Source of the DNA: Octopus bimaculoides
Taxonomy: Eukaryota
DNA length: 64,000 nt
Assembly: GCF_001194135.2 (NCBI RefSeq)
Contig: NC_068981.1
Coordinates: 181,233,261 to 181,297,260 of the forward strand
Direction of reading: 5' to 3'
Positions 15,518 through 27,990 of the stretch are shown here, in pieces (within the stretch, counting starts at the first letter, position 1; each line of letters opens with the position of its first letter). Below the pieces are notes generated by a model, which was not told where the DNA came from, made no database searches, and worked only from the letters and a program-made list of their open reading frames with translations. The position numbers and the translations under genes are program-made.

Positions 15518-18102
15518 TACATACACAAAAATTATATAGACAAAACAAAACACTGAATTTACAGTGTACACAAAAGCAACTTTGCTTTAATGTTCTTAAA
15601 TTTAAACTAAAGAGAAAAGAGATAATAGAATACGTTAAAAAAAAAATGAAGGAAGTGGAAAAAAAAACAAAATAAAAATGAAAATAAAGGTAAGTTTTAA
15701 AAAAATCTACTGAATGCAGCAGATTAACATGTTTTTTTTTTTTCTTTTAGTGTTTGTGTAGTTCAATATATGGAAACAGTCTTTGTCTCCAAGAGGCCAA
15801 CTCGAACAATGGAAAACATAAGCAAACAGACCACTCTTGCAAAATGGTTTCAAAACAGAAAAAATATTGTCCTTAGATTCTGTAGATGTTGCACAGTAGT
15901 CTTTAAGTGTCGTACAATCTTCAAAAATATCTCCAAACTGCAGATAATCATATCTTGTTCTTTCATTTCAAATATTTGATAAAGCATCATAACAATGTTA
16001 CTTTTTGTTTTGTTTTTGTATTTCATTAAGCGTTTTTCACAGAATGTCTTTTAGTCTTTTATAGTAAATGAGAAAAAAAAAGGATAAAACAAAAAAAAAC
16101 CACAAATAAAGAAAAATATACATGAAGTTATGTAATGAACTAGTTATAAACGTGTGATATGTGAACTGGGTACACAGTATTTGAATGACAGACGTGTTAG
16201 CCTGTTCATTTACAAAAAGTTGAATAGTTATTCATCACATAGTACATTGATAAAGCTGGAAAAATTCAGACACCACCGGTGGTGGTAATGGTATGTGTGT
16301 AATATATATATATATATAAATGAGAGTTAGTTTTGTTTTTCTTTTTTTTTGGAAGTAGCCTTTTTCAGTTTTTTTTTTTCATATTTCAGTTTTTTTTTTA
16401 TCAGTATGTTATTTTTTTTCTTTTTCTGCTTTTCTTTCACATGTAATTAAATTTTAAATTTTCCACTTTCTTAATAGTATATTGAAACCACAGTTTGATG
16501 AAATATTAGAAATTCATCATGGTAGAACAACAACAACAACAACAACAAAAAAACCCAAACAAGAAGAAAGAAACAAACAATAAGCACTAACCAGAAAATA
16601 TTTCAGTCAAATGGTAGCTGTGTAGTTATTTACATGATTACATCCATGTACATATGTGTATATGTGTGAGGGTGTGTGTGAGTAAATAAATGTATATATA
16701 TATATAAATATATATATATACGTTTAGTCCTTGTTTAGAGAAGAATATTGTCTTTGTGGATCACGTATATACATTAGAAAATGGCCAGTTAAGAAAACAA
16801 AAACTGAAAGAAAAACTTTGGAAAAGGGCAGTGAAGAATTAAAAAGAAAACAGTTATACATTTTAAAATGAAATCATTCAGTTGGATATTATTTTAATCC
16901 AATGGTTAAACAGTAAAACTTCAATTTAAGAAAGATCAAAAGTAATACGGACTTAGTAACACAAATGGACCACAAAGAAAGACAAAGTAACATTGAGTAC
17001 TTTGTTCCATACATAGAATAATACAATCGCAGAGTTAACATTCAGGAAGGATTTTTAAAATTCATACACACACTCAAGCACAAAATTAAGAAGAAAAAAA
17101 AAAAAAAAAAAAAAAAANNNNNNNNNNNNNNNNNNNNNNNNNNNNNNNNNNNNNNNNNNNNNNNNNNNNNNNNNNNNNNNNNNNNNNNNNNNNNNNNNNN
17201 NNNNNNNNNNNNNNNNNNNNNNNNNNNNNNNNNNNNNNNNNNNNNNNNNNNNNNNNNNNNNNNNNNNNNNNNNNNNNNNNNNNNNNNNNNNNNNNNNNNN
17301 NNNNNNNNNNNNNNNNNNNNNNNNNNNNNNNNNNNNNNNNNNNNNNNNNNNNNNNNNNNNNNNNNNNNNNNNNNNNNNNNNNNNNNNNNNNNNNNNNNNN
17401 NNNNNNNNNNNNNNNNNNNNNNNNNNNNNNNNNNNNNNNNNNNNNNNNNNNNNNNNNNNNNNNNNNNNNNNNNNNNNNNNNNNNNNNNNNNNNNNNNNNN
17501 NNNNNNNNNNNNNNNNNNNNNNNNNNNNNNNNNNNNNNNNNNNNNNNNNNNNNNNNNNNNNNNNNNNNNNNNNNNNNNNNNNNNNNNNNNNNNNNNNNNN
17601 NNNNNNNNNNNNNNNNNNNNNNNNNNNNNNNNNNNNNNNNNNNNNNNNNNNNNNNNNNNNNNNNNNNNNNNNNNNNNNNNNNNNNNNNNNNNNNNNNNNN
17701 NNNNNNNNNNNNNNNNNNNNNNNNNNNNNNNNNNNNNNNNNNNNNNNNNNNNNNNNNNNNNNNNNNNNNNNNNNNNNNNNNNNNNNNNNNNNNNNNNNNN
17801 NNNNNNNNNNNNNNNNNNNNNNNNNNNNNNNNNNNNNNNNNNNNNNNNNNNNNNNNNNNNNNNNNNNNNNNNNNNNNNNNNNNNNNNNNNNNNNNNNNNN
17901 NNNNNNNNNNNNNNNNNNNNNNNNNNNNNNNNNNNNNNNNNNNNNNNNNNNNNNNNNNNNNNNNNNNNNNNNNNNNNNNNNNNNNNNNNNNNNNNNNNNN
18001 NNNNNNNNNNNNNNNNNNNNNNNNNNNNNNNNNNNNNNNNNNNNNNNNNNNNNNNNNNNNNNNNNNNNNNNNNNNNNNNNNNNNNNNNNNNNNNNNNNNN
18101 NN

Positions 18103-18148
<46 letters not shown>

Positions 18149-19596
18149 GAAAGAAAGAGAGAGAAGTGCAAGAGAAGTTAACCCCTTAGCATTTAGACCA
18201 GCTGTATCAGCCGAAATAGTCTACCTACTTTATGGTCAAAATGGCCAGTCCAGCCTCTCACACCTACCCTACAATGTCATTTAAAATATAAGCAAACACA
18301 TCATCAAAATCTCGAAGCTACAAGATAATGCATGATTTTTTTTAAAAGGTGAATAAGCAAGCATTACATTCGACAGTAATTGGAATGCTAAAGGGTTATT
18401 CAACTTAGTGAATACCAAGTTGACTTCTTCAGTTTATCAGGTAAGCATCTATAGCACTAACTCTCTCCCGTTCTCTTTCATAAGTAGAGTCTGAGAGACC
18501 TTTACTTTCGTTATCGATACAGAATATTTGACTTCACAAATTAATGAACATGGTAGACTTTTGAACAGAGGCATAGAAGAGATTATGAGAACACATTTTC
18601 AGATATTTCCTTTCAGTTTTCCACATAAAATCAAAAACAATATATAATAATGTAGAGGCTTGGGAGAATCCCACCCACCCCCAAAAAAACAACAATATAT
18701 GCAAACATCAATAACGAAAGCCCAAGAAGAATGCTAGTTGTGCTAATCAGGAAGAACTATACATGCCTCTAATGAATATATCACAAGTTTATTTTAAGAG
18801 AAGAAAAATATTGATGTGGAAAAAGAATAAATTAAATTTATACACACTTCTGTATACATACATACACATTTGTGTGTGTATGTATGTATATATATGAAGA
18901 TTTAATTTTTAATTGAATAAGTAGATTAAGCTTTGGATGTTTTAATTTGAGAATTTATAGTTTGGAATTCATGATTAATTATTTAATGGTAGAAAAATTA
19001 TGCCAAATTATGCCTAAGAAAAAAAAAAAAGGAAAAAAATTACTTCTAATTTTTAGTTTTAATTTTAAATATATATAAGAGACATATATAGGAAATCTAA
19101 ATAATACCCTCATATATATAAATAAATATCAAATAAGTAGAAAAGCATGCATTCCTTGGAAAGCAACATAAAATCAATTTTTAAGCACAAGAAAAGCAAG
19201 CTGTCTTAAGCAAAACAGCTCTTGAAGAAGTAATGTGTTCAGAGAACATTTCTTTTACAACTGCTGGAAGTGTGGATTCAGTGAGTAATTTCTAGCAATA
19301 TTAATTGATACCAGTTAAAATATCAAAACCACAATTCAAGAATTCTAACCAATAAAAGCTTGTAATGAGAAGTAGTTCGACTTTGTTTATAACTAAGTGA
19401 AATTCCCATAAAATGACTTATTTTAAATTATGCAGGATTCCAACATAGCATCAAAGTAAGCTTTTAGAAATATTCTTTGCTGTATAGCAATCAACATTAA
19501 CCATCATGAAAGCCTAATTATTTTCAATATAAAAATGTTATTATGTTAATTCCACAGGAACCTAATTGTCTTTAAGTTTATCAAGCTTTCACAGTT
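8750..19596 (-). other. Putative long 3' UTR of RBM33
   Basis: U-run-rich on the minus strand, no credible exons, far fewer retroposons than the introns, several minus-strand AATAAA (e.g. + TTTATT at 12199, 12848, 15305). End position unknown. Confidence 0.4.
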
Positions 19597-19612
19597 TCAG
19601 TAAAGAGACAAT
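19597..19612 (-). CDS. RBM33: Candidate terminal coding exon (reads (R)LSLY* in phase 2; IVSLLKL* in phase 0)
   Basis: Strong acceptor: about 45 nt pyrimidine-rich, AG-free tract ending tttcctacag. No homology confirmation. Confidence 0.4.
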
Positions 19613-20117
19613 CTGTAGGAAAGACAATCAAACAGTAGAAGAGTGACGGAGAGAGAGAAGCAAGGTGGTGTAAGATGGAGAATATGTGGAAGAAAGGGAA
19701 ACTGATTTTATTTTAGTAGAAAATGTATTTTACTTTTGTGGGGTGGGAGAAGATAAAATGAGAATAAGCCTTAATAAAACAAAAATTCTATTAAGTAAAA
19801 ATAAACCTTACTTTAAAATTGTTTCTACTAAAAAATTTTTTTTTCAATTTAAAAGATTTCTTTCATATTACCAAACAAACAAAAAAAAAGAAACAAAAAT
19901 ACTTAAGACCAATTATTAAAGATGCAGATTTTAAGTTATCATTGCAAGAATAACAGGATAAAATATATTTCCTCTGTTATTGTGAATAAATAGTTCCACA
20001 TCTTTCTACCCATTTCCCAAAGTTTAATGAATAATTGCTTCATAGCCAGAGTATGACATATAATAACATACAGTGCTAATAGTGATGTGAGATATTAAGT
20101 GAACCTCAAGAGCAATT

Positions 20118-20164
<47 letters not shown>

Positions 20165-20666
20165 NNNNNNNNNNNNNNNNNNNNNNNNNNNNNNNNNNNN
20201 NNNNNNNNNNNNNNNNNNNNNNNNNNNNNNNNNNNNNNNNNNNNNNNNNNNNNNNNNNNNNNNNNNNNNNNNNNNNNNNNNNNNNNNNNNNNNNNNNNNN
20301 NNNNNNNNNNNNNNNNNNNNNNNNNNNNNNNNNNNNNNNNNNNNNNNNNNNNNNNNNNNNNNNNNNNNNNNNNNNNNNNNNNNNNNNNNNNNNNNNNNNN
20401 NNNNNNNNNNNNNNNNNNNNNNNNNNNNNNNNNNNNNNNNNNNNNNNNNNNNNNNNNNNNNNNNNNNNNNNNNNNNNNNNNNNNNNNNNNNNNNNNNNNN
20501 NNNNNNNNNNNNNNNNNNNNNNNNNNNNNNNNNNNNNNNNNNNNNNNNNNNNNNNNNNNNNNNNNNNNNNNNNNNNNNNNNNNNNNNNNNNNNNNNNNNN
20601 NNNNNNNNNNNNNNNNNNNNNNNNNNNNNNNNNNNNNNNNNNNNNNNNNNNNNNNNNNNNNNNTAT

Positions 20667-20698
<32 letters not shown>

Positions 20699-20732
20699 AT
20701 ACATACATACATATATATATATATATACATAC

Positions 20733-20777
<45 letters not shown>

Positions 20778-20864
20778 TATACATATATAAAACTCCAATA
20801 GCCAAAGATTAGTGTCATGATTGAAACTCAGAGTACCAAGGAGTTTGATCCATATATATATAAC

Positions 20865-20900
<36 letters not shown>

Positions 20901-22407
20901 AACAAATACATGTGTGTATCAGTGTTTATATATAAAATATAAAGAGAGATGCATAGATATACACGCTATTGGCTACCAATAGATGATATCCACTTCTATT
21001 ATTAAAAGTTAATAAGAGTGATTTGTTTCTGCAATTCTAAATGTCGATCCCTAATATAATCTGTTTGTGTGTGTGTATATGCATGTGAATATATAGGGTA
21101 TATATATTTATATATATAGAAAGCACATACATACTATATATACTCACAAGCAACAATCTTATAATAAATATATATGAGAGTATATGTATGCATGTATGTG
21201 TGTGTCTATGCGTATGTATGTATGTGTGTGTGTATATATATATATACACACACACACACACATACACACAAAAAGCCAGTGAGGTTCTCATAGTTGTTTA
21301 TTGTTGTTCACCATGACTGTCTTTAAAACAGGAACTTAAATATTAGGGAATGCATAGCTGCTATGAGGGATATGATTATCACAACATTTGCACACACACA
21401 CACATACAATATACACACAGACCTTTATATATATAATATATATATATGCACACATACATATATATAACACAACTGTGTGTGTGTCTGTGAGTGTATATAC
21501 ATATAAGTGTGTTTTTATGTCAAGCTATATATAAAAACAACATTAAAGTTAATATAATATATTAAAGTTAATATAATATATATATATATATTCACCACAC
21601 AAACTATTTAATATATATTAAATATATTATATAATCATAAAATATAATATCTATATATTAAATATTATATATATATATATATATATGTACAAATACACAC
21701 AAACATCTATAATGTTNNNNNNNNNNNNNNNNNNNNNNNNNNNNNNNNNNNNNNNNNNNNNNNNNNNNNNNNNNNNNNNNNNNNNNNNNNNNNNNNNNNN
21801 NNNNNNNNNNNNNNNNNNNNNNNNNNNNNNNNNNNNNNNNNNNNNNNNNNNNNNNNNNNNNNNNNNNNNNNNNNNNNNNNNNNNNNNNNNNNNNNNNNNN
21901 NNNNNNNNNNNNNNNNNNNNNNNNNNNNNNNNNNNNNNNNNNNNNNNNNNNNNNNNNNNNNNNNNNNNNNNNNNNNNNNNNNNNNNNNNNNNNNNNNNNN
22001 NNNNNNNNNNNNNNNNNNNNNNNNNNNNNNNNNNNNNNNNNNNNNNNNNNNNNNNNNNNNNNNNNNNNNNNNNNNNNNNNNNNNNNNNNNNNNNNNNNNN
22101 NNNNNNNNNNNNNNNNNNNNNNNNNNNNNNNNNNNNNNNNNNNNNNNNNNNNNNNNNNNNNNNNNNNNNNNNNNNNNNNNNNNNNNNNNNNNNNNNNNNN
22201 NNNNNNNNNNNNNNNNNNNNNNNNNNNNNNNNNNNNNNNNNNNNNNNNNNNNNNNNNNNNNNNNNNNNNNNNNNNNNNNNNNNNNNNNNNNNNNNNNNNN
22301 NNNNNNNNNNNNNNNNNNNNNNNNNNNNNNNNNNNNNNNNNNNNNNNNNNNNNNNNNNNNNNNNNNNNNNNNNNNNNNNNNNNNNNNNNNNNNNNNNNNN
22401 NNNNNNN

Positions 22408-22460
<53 letters not shown>

Positions 22461-22939
22461 ATATGTTTGTCCCCCCAACATCGTTTGACAACCGATGTTG
22501 GTGTGTTTACGTCCCCGTAACTTAGCGGTTCGGCAAAAGAGAACCAATAGAATAAGTACTAGGCTTCCAAAGAATAAGTCCTGGGGTCGATTTGCTCGAC
22601 TAAAGGCGGTGCTCCAGCATGGCCGCAGTCAAATGACTGAAACAAGTAAAAGAGTAAATGGCTTTTCAAATTTTTAATTCTTCTTGAACCATGAAACTCA
22701 TAAGGTCAGTTACCTGGTCTTCATGATGCCATGTAAAAAGCACCGCTGCTGTGCCATGTGAAAAACACTGGTGCCATGTTAAAAGTACACTCCGTAAAGT
22801 GGTTGGCATAGAAAATCTAGCTCATTTTAGCATGGAAAAGTGGATATGATGATGATTTGCTCCTGTGGCACAGGCATTGAAGTTGTTGTTCAGTTAGAAA
22901 AGGAATGCAATTTAAATGAAAACACATATCTGAACATGA

Positions 22940-23293
22940 TCGATGCTAGGGCCGCCTAACTGGCTCCAGTGCCGGTAGCATGTAAAAAGCACCATCTAAA
23001 AGTGAACGATGCCAGTGTCCCCTGACTGGCTCCTGTGCTGGTGGCACGTAAAAAGCACTATCTGAACACGAACAATGCCAGGGTTGCCTGACTGGCTCAT
23101 GTGCTGGTGACACGTAAAAAGCACCCACTACACACTCACAGTGGTTGGTGTTAGGAAGGGTATCCAGCTGTAGAAACATTGCCAGATCAGATTGGAGCCT
23201 GGTGCAGCCACTGGCTTTCCAGACCTCAGTCAAACTGTCCAACCCATGCCAGCATGGAAAACGGACGTTAAACGATGATGATGATGATGATGA
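22940..23293 (+). mobile_element. RTE 3' end with ~3 VNTR units and (GAT)n tail
   Basis: Same family sequence. Confidence 0.8.
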
Positions 23294-24324
23294 CATGTAT
23301 GTTTGAACAAAGCTAAGATTCTGCAATGTAAGAAGTGGATAATTAGAGGAAAGGAGAGTATTTATTGACCTTCAACAGACACACACACAAAAAAAGCAAT
23401 ACTTTAAAACATAGACGTTTTCTTTAGTTCTTAGCAGGATGAATCTATTCAAGATTGAGCTTTTCACGAAAGAAATCTCACTTATGTAAACCACTTACGA
23501 CTTGGTACAAAGCAGGAGGAATTTCTTTAACATTTTCCTCTTTTATTCCCATTCCTTTCAGTACTTGCCAATTCATCATCATTTAACATTTTCCATGCTG
23601 GGATGGGTTGGATGATTGACAGAAGCTGGCCAGCTGGTTCCAATTTGTCTACTTTAGCATGGTTTCTATGGATGGGGGCCCTTCTTAATGCCAATCATTT
23701 TACAGAGTGAAGGGGATGCTTTTTATGTGGCACCAGCACCGGTGCATTTTACATGGCACAGGTGCTTTTTATGTGACATTGAAATGGGTGCTTTTTACGT
23801 GACGCATTACAGGGCTATTTCTGCATCATTAATTTCTTTTGTCTAATTTTAGTGTAATAACCAATGCAGTTTAGAAATTTCATTTCTCTTCAGAAAATAA
23901 ATTTCTAACGACATGCTAAATTTTTACTTGTTTCATTCATCAGACTGCTGCCATGTTGGGGCTCCACCTTGAAGAGTTTAGTTGAACAAATCAACCCCAG
24001 TATTTATTTTTAAATCTGGTACTTATTCTACCAGTCCCTTTTGCTGAACCTGTAACTAACAGGGACATAAACAAATCAACGCAGGTTGTCAAGTGGTGGT
24101 GGTGGTGGGGGGGTCAAACACAAAGATACATACACACCAGATTCACTCACAAGGTATATGTTGGCCAGGGACTTGAGTAGAAGACACTTGTCCAAGGTGC
24201 TATGCAAAGGGACTGCACCCAAAGCATGTGATTGGAAAGGGGGCTTCTTAGCAACATTGGCATGCCTGTGCCTGTAATAGCAAGACAATATTAAAACAAA
24301 ACTATCAAAAATTTAGATACTTAC

Positions 24325-24413
24325 CTGTGAAATTTTTTGAAGAATTTTTGGGCTTGATCACCAGTCCTGAATCGTATTAAAGCTTTGCGCTGGCTTTTCA
24401 GCAGTTGTAATGA
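24325..24413 (-). CDS. RBM33: RBM33 exon: RRM middle, SLQLLKSQRKALIRFRTGDQAQKFFKKFH(R)
   Basis: Acceptor ttttttcag, donor gtaagt; 89 nt, phase 0 to 2; matches human SLQMLPQQRKAIAKFKEPAHALAFQQKFHR. Confidence 0.95.
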
Positions 24414-25049
24414 CTGAAAAAAATGCAAAAGACATCTCAGTTTGTCGCTTAGCTAATTTGTAAGCAACCCCATAAGCTCAAATTACTTGTATCTTACTCT
24501 ATGCAAGTGTGTGTGCGTATCCTGAAGCAGACATCCACTAACAAACACCTATCATGGATACACATTTCCCAATGCTCCAATTTTATTAAAATTTCTATGT
24601 AATTTTCAAATATGGAACAAACACTGCTTAAGATACTATAATTTTTTTTCTTTTTTCTGAGAGTACATTTTTAATTGAATTTGAACTCTTTAGTAATAAA
24701 ATACTGGAGGTATGAAATTGTGAAAGTAAAAGCAAGCATAAATATGCATGTGTACCATATTCAAGGATTCAAAATTTTATTGGAGAAAGAAAAAAAAAAC
24801 TGGAAGTTTACTTCTGATAAATGTAAAAAGATATCAAAACAAACAAACAAAATACATGTCATGTGGTTGAAAATAATCTATAAATGTTAACCCAAAGCTC
24901 ATATTGCTTCATAAAGGACAGTGTTCATGGACTTCACAGATCCTCCAATATCAGTAAGATAGACACATTTTGCTAAAACCATTGTAAATTGATGACTGCA
25001 GGAAAGACATGCAAGATAGAAATTTCAGAGTTCTATTTCTGGGAAGGAA

Positions 25050-25900
25050 GGTTTGAGTGTAGCAATTAGATGCCAGTGTGTGCATTGGACAAGAATACAA
25101 GTAAAGGATGCAGTAAGTTAATGTAGAAAGCAGAGAGATGCAAAAGATTTAGTTTCTGCATGGTGAAATCACTGAGAAGGATGACCTTTGAGAAGGATGA
25201 AGAAGGATAGATGCCCTCAATATAGGAAGAGATATCGTCGTAAAGTTGTTGGTAGTTTGAGGAATATCGAGAATGGTCAAGGAAACATATATTTAGAGAA
25301 GTGTGGGAGAGAGATAAGTGGCAGAGAGAATAGGCAGACATGACCTTTTTTCTTGTGAAGTCTGAGTAAAGAGTGTATTTTGGGGAGCAGAAATGGACAA
25401 TAAATAGAGATTGAGAGATTCTGAGTCTCTGATAGGAGAAGGAGATGGGATTTGCATTTTTGTAAGAGGTACTTTTGGGGTCAAAGTTGATTCAGAATCC
25501 ATGAACAATTGAAGAAGGAAAATCAACAAACAGGGCATAGATAATATAGGAAACAGAGTTATTGTCTTTATTTTAAAGTAGAAGGCACGCAAATTGACAA
25601 ATTAAAAGATCTGCACTAGCTTGAGAGGAACAAATTTAATGTGGTTTGTTAGATAAAGGAGGTAAAAGGAAACTAGATAGAAGTTAGGAAAGAAACTGGT
25701 CATGAAAGACACTATCTGATGTATGTAAGGAAATGATACAGTGTCTTTAGATATGTAAACTTAGCAAAGAAATGCTAAGGATGATAATTAAGAATTAAAT
25801 AGCTAGCCAAATAAACCTGAGATGAGGTTGTTAGAAATTGTATTTTGATTAAGCGTTCAGATGATGCAAATGAAAAAGGTAAAATGTATTGTAGACCTGT
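25050..25900 (-). mobile_element. Degenerate LINE AP-endonuclease fragment (CR1/L2-like)
   Basis: ICFLDHSRYSSNYQQLYDDISSYIE...KVILLSDFT resembles the YRSPS...IILLGDFN region. Confidence 0.5.
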
Positions 25901-26337
25901 TCAACCCACACTACTATGGAAAACTGAATGGTAAATGATGACAAGATATAAAAATTGAATCATCCAACATAGAATAAGTAAAATATTTGAAAGATTATTT
26001 CACTTTGTTTAGTTTTAAATAACAAAGATGCAAATGGCAGAGCTGTAAGAGATGGAGAGAAGTAGAGAGAGAATGAAATAGCATAACCCTTTAGCATTCA
26101 GATTACTCTGTCCAACGTAATGCTTATTCATTCACATTGTTTTGAATTATTCATGCATTATGTTGTAGCTTTGAGATTTTCAAATGATGAAATGACGCTT
26201 GCTTAATTCTAGAAGGACATTGTCGGGTAGGTGTAAGAGGCTGCATCTGGCTAGTTTGAATGTAAAACAGGTAGAATATTTAGGCTGGATATGGCCATTT
26301 TGAATACTAATGGGATAAATTGTAAATGAACGGTTAC

Positions 26338-26460
26338 CTCCACATGTCCACAAGACTTTGCCATTTGGTGCATAGTTCTCTCAGTTGTAGAAGAAGAAAG
26401 ATTGTCAACAGCAATCATGGTAGCTTTCTTAATCTTTTGATTACCATCTCCATCAGTACG
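26338..26460 (-). CDS. RBM33: RBM33 exon: start of RRM, RTDGDGNQKIKKATMIAVDNLSSSTTERTMHQMAKSCGHVE
   Basis: Acceptor tttatttag, donor gtaacc; 123 nt; matches human VSVEGLSSSTTDAQLKSLLMSVGPIQ. Confidence 0.93.
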
Positions 26461-27249
26461 CTAAATAAAAAAAATAACATTACATGTAGACATCATCTCA
26501 TTTAATTTAAAATAGCTTTAAGAAAACAAAGAAACTACAAGGGACAGGTGTTGATGCTTTGCAATTCATGTTTTTTGTGCTATTTTCAACCAAGCTATCA
26601 CAACAGGTGTTGTCATTCTTTTATTATATCTAGGTCAACATTGCCCAATACATCCTTTGACTGTAGGGTGTGAGTTGAGGGTCATTTGGCTTGCTAGAAA
26701 TAACAGCCAAATCTTTCTCAAATTACACCCTTCCTTCTTAAATATGGAAAGAACACATTAGACAGTTTAACTTTATGTATGTCACAAAGATAAGAGGTTC
26801 ATGGCTTCTTTCTTAAGTCAAAATTTACTTCACCTCCTTCCTTGAAATATCTGAAATACCTAGGAAAATCTATCTACCCTTACTTCTTAAAAAGATGTGT
26901 CTGTACAGATGAAGCTCCTTGCTTTCATCTATTACCTTCTTATTCTGTTGATAACTAAGACTTTTAGCTCAATACTGGTGGAATGGCTGTGTGGTAAGAA
27001 GTTTGCTTCCCAACCACATGGTTTTAGGTTCAGCCCCACTATGTAGCCCGTGGATGCCTTCTACTATAGTCCTGGGCTGACCAAAGCCTTGTGAGTGGAT
27101 TTGGTAGATGGAAACTGAAAAGAAACCCATCGTATGTATGTAAAGTAGCAATTAAGCTAGTTATAAAAGTGAAATGGCTATCCATGGACAAAGGGGTGGT
27201 AGGTTGTGACTCCCTTTCGATGCTCTCCTCACCATAATGGCAGCTCTCG

Positions 27250-27651
27250 GCAAGTGTTGGCAGGTGGCACACAAAAGCATCCATTACGCTCTCGGAGTGG
27301 TTGGCATTAGGAAGGGCATCCAGCCGTAGAAAACCATGCCAAACCAGACTGGTGTCTGGTGTAGCCTTCCAGCATGCCAACCCAGTCAAACTGTCCAACC
27401 CATGCCAGCATGGGCAATGGATGTTAAATGATGATGACAATGATATATATATCATCATCATCATCATCATCGTTTAACGTCCGCTTTCCATGCTAGCATG
27501 GGTTGGACGATTTGACTGAGGACTGGTGAAACCGGATGGCAACACCAGGCTCCAATCTGATTTGGCAGAGTTTCTACAGCTGGATGCCCTTCCTAACGCC
27601 AACCACTCAGAGAGTGTAGTGGGTGCTTTTACGTGTCACCCGCACGAAGGC
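27250..27651. mobile_element. Tail-to-tail pair of RTE 3' ends (older + copy ~27250-27440, young - copy ~27453-27651)
   Basis: (GAT)n tail, then (AT)n, then (CAT)n tail; the young copy is flanked by (AT)5 on both sides. Confidence 0.85.
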
Positions 27652-27990
27652 ATATATATATGCATTACTGTCTCCTTATCTTGACATTGTGTGTTTCTTG
27701 TGTTACTGTCACACAAGCCATCTTCCGTGAAAACATGTATAGCCATGGGAATATATTACCTTACTTGGAAACAGTTGAAAGTTAGCAGTAGGAAGGGCAT
27801 CTGACTGTAGAAAATCTGCCACAACAAATTCCATCCTGACCCATACAAGAATGGAAAAGTGGACATTAAAACAATGATCACTGGTTTGCTTTTGACCTTT
27901 TCTAACATATTCTGCTGTCACTACTCATCTTCAAATTCACTCAATCATCAGTATTTATTTTCAATCCCCTCTTGTACTGCATTTAGAATA

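Noticed and set aside
20060-20112. Candidate last RRM exon (RIIALEVHLISHITIST)
   Set aside because: Its acceptor is only the end of a (TA)n run with no pyrimidine tract; the similarity to HMIDLSHI is weak.
23499-23578. Protein-like stretch MNWQVLKGMGIKEENVKEIPPALYQV with a gtaagt donor
   Set aside because: No acceptor; it starts in an RTE tail and has no recognisable homology.
26977-27060. tRNA genes at A/B-box-like motifs
   Set aside because: All continue into shared SINE bodies and lack a full cloverleaf.
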